From assembly GCA_025055015.1 (NCBI GenBank), contig JANWYQ010000007.1, positions 1,440 through 65,439 on the forward strand: 64,000 bases of DNA. The letters are read 5' to 3'. How positions within the stretch are numbered: the stretch's first letter is position 1; every line of letters begins with the position of its first letter. Under the pieces are notes generated by a model. It saw nothing but the letters and a program-made list of their open reading frames with translations, was not told the origin of the DNA and searched no databases. This document shows, one piece after another, positions 58,095-64,000 of this stretch. The position numbers and the translations under genes are program-made. The stretch comes from Caldilineales bacterium (GTDB lineage Bacteria; Chloroflexota; Anaerolineae; JAAEKA01).

Positions 58095-59255
58095 TCACTC
58101 GCCCACCAGGATGTGGGTGATGATGGTGGCGCCGCTGCCGCCGATGTTTTGCGTCATGCCGATGTTGGCGTCGTGGACCTGGTTGCGGCCGGCCAGGCCC
58201 TGGAGCTGCTGCACCGCCTCCACCACCTGGTACACGCCGGTCGCGCCCACCGGATGGCCGCGCGCCTTGAGGCCGCCCATGGTGGCGATGGGGATGCGCC
58301 CCTCGATGGTGATCTCGCCCTCCTCGGCCAGGCGCACCCCGCGGCCGCGCTCGGCGAAGCCGTTGGCCTCCAGCGAGAGGGCCGCCATGATGGTGAACGC
58401 GTCGTGGAGCTCGAAGAAGTCCACGTCGGCCGGGCTGATCCCCGCCTGGCTGTAGGCCTTCTGGCTGCTGAGCCAAGCCGCCTCCAGCCAGAGAGGGTCG
58501 CGGCGGTCGTGGATGGCCAGGCTGTCGGTGGCTACGGCCGAGGCTGCGATGCGCACCCGCCGGCGGCCGTTGTGGAAGGCGCGGGCCATGGGCTCCGAGG
58601 CCAGCACCACCGCAGCTGCGCCGTCACAGATGGGCGAGCTATCCATCAGGTTGATGGGGTCGGCGATCATCGCCGCCTTGCGGTAGGTGTCCAGCGTGAT
58701 GGGCTCCGGGAACATGGCGTAGGGGTTGCCGGCGGCGTTGTGGTGCGCGTTGACGGCGAAGTAGCCGAAGGCCGCGTGGGGCACGTTGTACTCGTACATG
58801 TAGCGCCGCATGAGCAGGGCGTTGAGGGCCACGAAGGAGACGCCCTCGGCCGCCTCGTACTCCTGGTCGGCCGCCATGGCCAGGCCGGCCGTGGTCACGC
58901 TGCCCACGGTGTCGGTCATCTTCTCCACGCCGGCCACGATCACCACGTCGTGGATGCCGCCGGCCACGGCGATGTATCCCATACGCAGAGCCGCCGCGCC
59001 GGAGCCACAGGCCGCCTCCACCTTCATGGCCTCGATGCCGCGCAGGCCCACGAAGTCGGCGATCAGCGCGCCCAGGTGCTCCTGGCCGGTGAGCTCGCCG
59101 GAGAGCATGTTCCCTACGTACAGCGCGTCGGCCCGCTCGATCTGGGCGTCGCGCATGGCGGGGATGATGGCGTCGTGGGCGATGTGGCGCAGGGAGCGTT
59201 CCCACTGCTCGCCCACCACAGTCTGTCCAATGCCGATGATGTAAACGGGTCTCAC
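58095..59255 (-). CDS. thiolase (acetyl-CoA C-acetyltransferase, archaeal/SCP-x-like type)
   Basis: 'VYIIGIGQT', 'VEAACGSGAAALR' (active-site Cys), 'NIGGSGAT'. 386 aa. Confidence 0.85.
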   Translation of the reverse strand: MRPVYIIGIGQTVVGEQWERSLRHIAHDAIIPAMRDAQIERADALYVGNMLSGELTGQEHLGALIADFVGLRGIEAMKVEAACGSGAAALRMGYIAVAGGIHDVVIVAGVEKMTDTVGSVTTAGLAMAADQEYEAAEGVSFVALNALLMRRYMYEYNVPHAAFGYFAVNAHHNAAGNPYAMFPEPITLDTYRKAAMIADPINLMDSSPICDGAAAVVLASEPMARAFHNGRRRVRIAASAVATDSLAIHDRRDPLWLEAAWLSSQKAYSQAGISPADVDFFELHDAFTIMAALSLEANGFAERGRGVRLAEEGEITIEGRIPIATMGGLKARGHPVGATGVYQVVEAVQQLQGLAGRNQVHDANIGMTQNIGGSGATIITHILVGE

Positions 59256-59268
59256 GATGGTCTCTTCC

Positions 59269-60342
<1,074 letters not shown>

Positions 60343-60363
60343 AGCGTCTCAACTCCACAAAAG

Positions 60364-61668
60364 TTACGCACGCTCCAAGACCTCGGATACCAGCTCGGCG
60401 GCGCGCGCCGGGCGGATCTGCCCCTCCGCCACCAGCCGGGCCGCAATCTGGTCCACCAGATGGGGCGGCGCGCCCGCGGCCAGGGCCACCTGCCGCGCGT
60501 GCAAGGCCATGTGGCCGCGCTGGATGCCCTCGGCGGCCAACGCGCGCAGCGCGCTCAGGTTCTGGGCCAGCCCCACCGCCGCCATCACCGCCGCCAGCTC
60601 CTGCGCGCTCTCCACGCCCAGGATCTTCAGCGCCACTTGGGCTGTCGGGTGGACCCGGGTGGCGCCGCCGACGATGCCCACAGCCAGGGGCAGCTCGATG
60701 CGGCCGGCCAGCTGCAGCCCGTTCTCGGTGTACACCACGTGCCAATCGGTGAGGCTGCGATACTGGCCGCTGCGGGCGGCGTAGGCGTGGGCGCCGGCCT
60801 CGATGGCCCGCCAGTCGTTGCCCGTGGCGATGGCCACCGGGTCAATGCCGTTCATGATCCCTTTGTTGTGGGTGGCGGCGCGGTAGGGGTCGGCCCAGGC
60901 GAAGGCGTTGGCCTCGGCGATGCCCTGCACCACGTCGTCCCCAGCCAAGCCGTCGGCGTCGAAGGCCGACGCCGGGATGCGGCACTCGGCCCAAGCTAGC
61001 CGCCGGTCGGTCAGGTTGCTTAGGATGCGCAGCCGGGCGCGGCCGCCGCTCAGCCGCTCCAGCAGGGGCGCTGCAGCTTCGGCCGCGGTGTTGACCGCAT
61101 TGGCGCCCATGGCGTCGCGGCAGTCCAACAGCAGATGCACCACCAGCATAGGGCCGGCCGGCGTGTCGAGCAAGGGGCGCACCTCCAACCCGCGAAAGCC
61201 TCCTCCACGATGCACGATGCCGGGGTGCAGGCTGTTCACCAGGCGGGCTAGCTCAGCCTCGGCCTCCTGGATCGCTTGAGCGGCGCGGGGGAAGTCGGGC
61301 ACGTCCAGAAGCTGCACCTGGCCGATCATGACCGGCTCGCTGCTGCCGGCGGCGAACCCGCCGCCGGCGCGGGCCAGCCGCGCCGCGTTGCTCACGGCCG
61401 CGATCACCGAGGGCTCCTCTACCGCCATGGGGATCAGGTAGTCGCGGCCGTTGATCAGGAAGTTGACGCCGACGCCTAGGGGCAGCGCGAACACACCGAC
61501 GACGTTCTCCACCATGCGGTCGGCCAGCTCGACGGTGAGCCCGGTGCGCAGCTGCTCGAGGTCGTGGTCGCTCAGGCCGGCCCACGCCGCCACAGCCTCC
61601 AGGCGCTCGGCAACGGGCTTTTGGTAGAAGCCAGGAAGCCGAGAGGTAGGTCGCGCGCTTTGGTCCAT
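60364..61668 (-). CDS. hydroxymethylglutaryl-CoA reductase, class II-like
   Basis: 'MVENVVGVFALPLGV...IPMAVEEPSVIAAVS', 'DAMGAN', 'ATGNDWRA', 'GTVGGATRVHP'-like 'GIVGGATRVHP'. Confidence 0.85.
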   Translation of the reverse strand: MDQSARPTSRLPGFYQKPVAERLEAVAAWAGLSDHDLEQLRTGLTVELADRMVENVVGVFALPLGVGVNFLINGRDYLIPMAVEEPSVIAAVSNAARLARAGGGFAAGSSEPVMIGQVQLLDVPDFPRAAQAIQEAEAELARLVNSLHPGIVHRGGGFRGLEVRPLLDTPAGPMLVVHLLLDCRDAMGANAVNTAAEAAAPLLERLSGGRARLRILSNLTDRRLAWAECRIPASAFDADGLAGDDVVQGIAEANAFAWADPYRAATHNKGIMNGIDPVAIATGNDWRAIEAGAHAYAARSGQYRSLTDWHVVYTENGLQLAGRIELPLAVGIVGGATRVHPTAQVALKILGVESAQELAAVMAAVGLAQNLSALRALAAEGIQRGHMALHARQVALAAGAPPHLVDQIAARLVAEGQIRPARAAELVSEVLERA

Positions 61669-61886
61669 AAGTGCAAAACGCCTGCCCTTGTGGGGCAGGT
61701 CCGTTGTCTTGGATGATTGCTACGCTATTATAGTCACAAGCGGCGCTGTCAAAAGCTATCAGCTTGGCTCCCAAGGACTGCCCAGGCAGGAAATTGGCAT
61801 CTAGCTGACACTGCGCCGGGGCGTCTTTCGGGCCTCCCCCCGCCGCCGCACCGCTCCCTTTCCGCGGCCTGGGCTTGACCTGACGG

Positions 61887-63314
61887 CTATGGCGCGGGCG
61901 CGGCGGTGTACGCGGCCACGGCGGCGCTGAGCACGTCGCCCCAAAGCTGGGGCCACAGCGCAGGCAGCACCACCGCCAACAGCCCCAGGCCTGCCAGCAG
62001 CACCGTCAGTGGCTCCTCTCGCTCGAGCATCAGGTTGTCCAGCCGGCCCAGCAACACCCGCTGGCTGCGCAGCAGGCCCAGCGCCAGCCCCAGCGCGCCG
62101 GCCAACACCACCACGGCCTGGAGCCAGTCCTGGTTGCCCAGGATCTGCACCAAGCTCCACTGGCCGGCGAAGCCCACGGTCAGCGGCAGGCCGGCCAGGC
62201 TGAGCGCGCCCAGCAGCAGGGCGGCCGAGGTCAGGGGAAGGCGGGTGCCCAGGCCGCGCACGGCGACGTAGTCCGTGCGGCCGGCCGCCCGCTGGCGCAC
62301 CACGGCCAGGCCAAAGCCGGAGACCATGAGCCCAACGGTGCGGCTGAGCAACAGGAGCCACACCAGGCCCCACGAGCTGCGGGCGCCCAGGCCCAGGGCG
62401 ATCATCACCAGGCTGTGGCTGAACAGCGCGGCGTAGCTCCACTGCCGGCTGAGGTTGCGCTGCACCAGCGCGCCAAGCCCGGCCCACGCGCAGCCGATCA
62501 ACCCGCCCCACACCAGCACCTCGGGCAGGCGAACGGTGAAGAGGCCGAAGGGCACCGTGGCGCCTTGCAGCCACTGGTAGCCCGTCAGGAGAGTCTGCAA
62601 CAGGGTGACGGACAGGGCGCTCAGGCTGACCAACAGCCAGGCCGCCACCATGGGCGGGGCCTCCTCGCCCAGGCTCAGGCTCGGCCCATGCAGGGGCCAA
62701 GGCGCCAGCAACAGCAGCAGGCCTAGGCTGGCCAGGACGCCGGCCTCGCGCAGCGGGGTGAGGTCCTCGGGGTCGAGGGGCAGCTGGTTCAGATGCCAGG
62801 CAGCTAGCAAGAAGAGGGGAACCGTCAGGGCAGGCCACCAGAGCAGGCGCAAGGCGCCGCGCGTCGAGCCCACGCGGCCGGCCTGCGCCACCAGCGCGGC
62901 CAAGCTGAAGGCGGCCAGCCACACGGCCGGGGCCAGCCAGGGCGGCCGGATCAACAGCACCGCGCTCAGCAGCGCCAACAACACCAGGCCGAAGGGAAAA
63001 AAGCTGCGGCCGGGCGACACACGCCACGCAGCGAGATAGGCGCCAGCCAAGGAGATCGCCAGAAAGCCGATCACCCACTGGGCAGCCGGGGTCATCTGGA
63101 GCCGCTGGCCGAACAGGAGTACCGGCTGCGACAAGCTAACCACGCGGCCCAGGAACAACACCGCGCCCTCGGCCGGCCACTGCCACAGCAACCACCCCAA
63201 CAGAAGAGCGGCAAGGCCGGCCACGGCCGTGGAGGGCAGCGGCCAACGGCGCAACAGGTAGACCACCGTGGCCGCCAACAGCGGCACCATGAAAACCAGG
63301 AGGACAACGGACAT
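61887..63314 (-). CDS. proton-conducting membrane transporter subunit (NuoL/M/N-Mrp antiporter-like family)
   Basis: About 14 TM segments. 'LSLAGLPLTVGFAGQWSLV' resembles the GxPPxxGFxGK motif. GAGGAGGG SD and TGATG overlap with the upstream ORF. Confidence 0.45.
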   Translation of the reverse strand: MSVVLLVFMVPLLAATVVYLLRRWPLPSTAVAGLAALLLGWLLWQWPAEGAVLFLGRVVSLSQPVLLFGQRLQMTPAAQWVIGFLAISLAGAYLAAWRVSPGRSFFPFGLVLLALLSAVLLIRPPWLAPAVWLAAFSLAALVAQAGRVGSTRGALRLLWWPALTVPLFLLAAWHLNQLPLDPEDLTPLREAGVLASLGLLLLLAPWPLHGPSLSLGEEAPPMVAAWLLVSLSALSVTLLQTLLTGYQWLQGATVPFGLFTVRLPEVLVWGGLIGCAWAGLGALVQRNLSRQWSYAALFSHSLVMIALGLGARSSWGLVWLLLLSRTVGLMVSGFGLAVVRQRAAGRTDYVAVRGLGTRLPLTSAALLLGALSLAGLPLTVGFAGQWSLVQILGNQDWLQAVVVLAGALGLALGLLRSQRVLLGRLDNLMLEREEPLTVLLAGLGLLAVVLPALWPQLWGDVLSAAVAAYTAAPAP

Positions 63315-63997
63315 CAGCTGCCCTCCTCGTAGACCCGGCGCGTCGCCGGCGACCCCCGCGCCACCATGAGATAGCCCGTCGCCAAGCCGACCAGCAGCTC
63401 GGCCGAGCTTACCAGCCAGAAGAGCCAAGGATCGAGCTCGAGGGCGCTCAAGACCAGCTGGGTCGCGCCCAGCCACATCAGCAGGGCTGCGCCGACCTGC
63501 AGGGCCTCGTCTCCCAGTCCTAGGCCGACCAGGGCGAAGACGGCGAGCCAGGTGGCGGCGATCTGGATGTCAGGTGGCACGGGCGGCAGCGGCAGCCGCA
63601 CGCGCAGCACCAGCAACAGGCCGGCCGCCGTCAGCGCCATCAGAGCGCGAAACCAGGTCAGGGAGGACAGCGGACGCGCGTTGACGCCGGTCTCGGAGCG
63701 GAAGGGCAGGAAGCGGCCGCCCCAGCCGGCGCGCTGAGCCGACAGATACCAGATGACCGCCACCAGCCCGCCCACGATCACCCGCAGCAACGCCCACTCC
63801 GCGGGCAGCAGGGTGGACATCAGCAGGGCCAGGCTGAAGGACAGCCCCATGAACGCAGCGACCACGATCCGCCAATCGCGCGGGGCCACCAACAGGAACA
63901 CGCTAAGGCCGACGGCCACTAGCGTCGGGAGCCCCCTCAAGGGGACAAGCGCCTGCCAGAGCTGGTCGGCGGTGGGCAGCGGGGGAATGGGCTCCAT
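63314..63997 (-). CDS. hypothetical polytopic membrane protein
   Basis: 227 aa, about 7 hydrophobic segments, no recognisable motif. The start lies near the window edge, so it may be incomplete. Confidence 0.35.
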   Translation of the reverse strand: MEPIPPLPTADQLWQALVPLRGLPTLVAVGLSVFLLVAPRDWRIVVAAFMGLSFSLALLMSTLLPAEWALLRVIVGGLVAVIWYLSAQRAGWGGRFLPFRSETGVNARPLSSLTWFRALMALTAAGLLLVLRVRLPLPPVPPDIQIAATWLAVFALVGLGLGDEALQVGAALLMWLGATQLVLSALELDPWLFWLVSSAELLVGLATGYLMVARGSPATRRVYEEGS

Positions 63998-64000
63998 GCT

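Overview
High-GC bacterial chromosomal segment, densely packed with about 60 mostly housekeeping CDS. Most lie on the minus strand, and many junctions show 1-4 nt stop/start overlaps. The gene content suggests a Chloroflexota-like lineage, though this is inference only: an archaeal-type thiolase/HMG-CoA synthase/DUF35 trio with a class II HMG-CoA reductase, Pro/Thr-linker SH3b lipoproteins, and a giant GT39-type glycosyltransferase. I saw no rRNA, tRNA, CRISPR array, transposase, integrase or prophage genes. Main blocks, in order: (1) HerA-like ATPase fragment, trpA, macro-domain/SdpI pair, polyprenyl synthase, TatD. (2) PMM/PGM, glmM, gmd, rmd (GDP-sugar supply). (3) metK, ahcY, adenosine-kinase-like, mtnA (methyl cycle). 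(4) yebC-ruvC-response regulator-ruvA. (5) pyrG. (6) SH3b lipoprotein-recD2-moxR-DUF58-DUF4129. (7) LysM protein, YugP-like Zn peptidase, HtrA. (8) tatA/Trm112. (9) cysE, beta-carbonic anhydrase, cysK, cysM, moeZ-like, cysO-like, JAMM (mec-like). (10) MBL hydrolase, GT39 glycosyltransferase, GH-A hydrolase, second SH3b lipoprotein. (11) dnaB-DnaD-like-DnaC-like. (12) BFN nuclease. (13) two GT2 genes plus a sugar phosphotransferase. (14) hrcA-grpE-dnaK with a perfect CIRCE. (15) GNAT flanked by two proteins sharing a helix motif. (16) Upper mevalonate pathway genes. (17) An orphan antiporter-like membrane subunit. I see no obvious multi-gene defense or mobile system. The most interesting items are these. 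First, a terminator/antiterminator leader with a Cys-rich 13-codon mini-ORF in front of the cysO operon. Second, a helicase loader made of two complete DnaC/DnaI AAA+ modules in one polypeptide. Third, a 17-nt motif shared by the two mevalonate promoter regions. Fourth, a dispersed intergenic element (ATGCGYAACGAGC core) sitting just upstream of SD-less start codons. Fifth, a response regulator translationally coupled between ruvC and ruvA. All start codons were chosen by N-terminal plausibility and frame arithmetic from the ORF track. No search tool was run, so every family assignment is by motif recognition.
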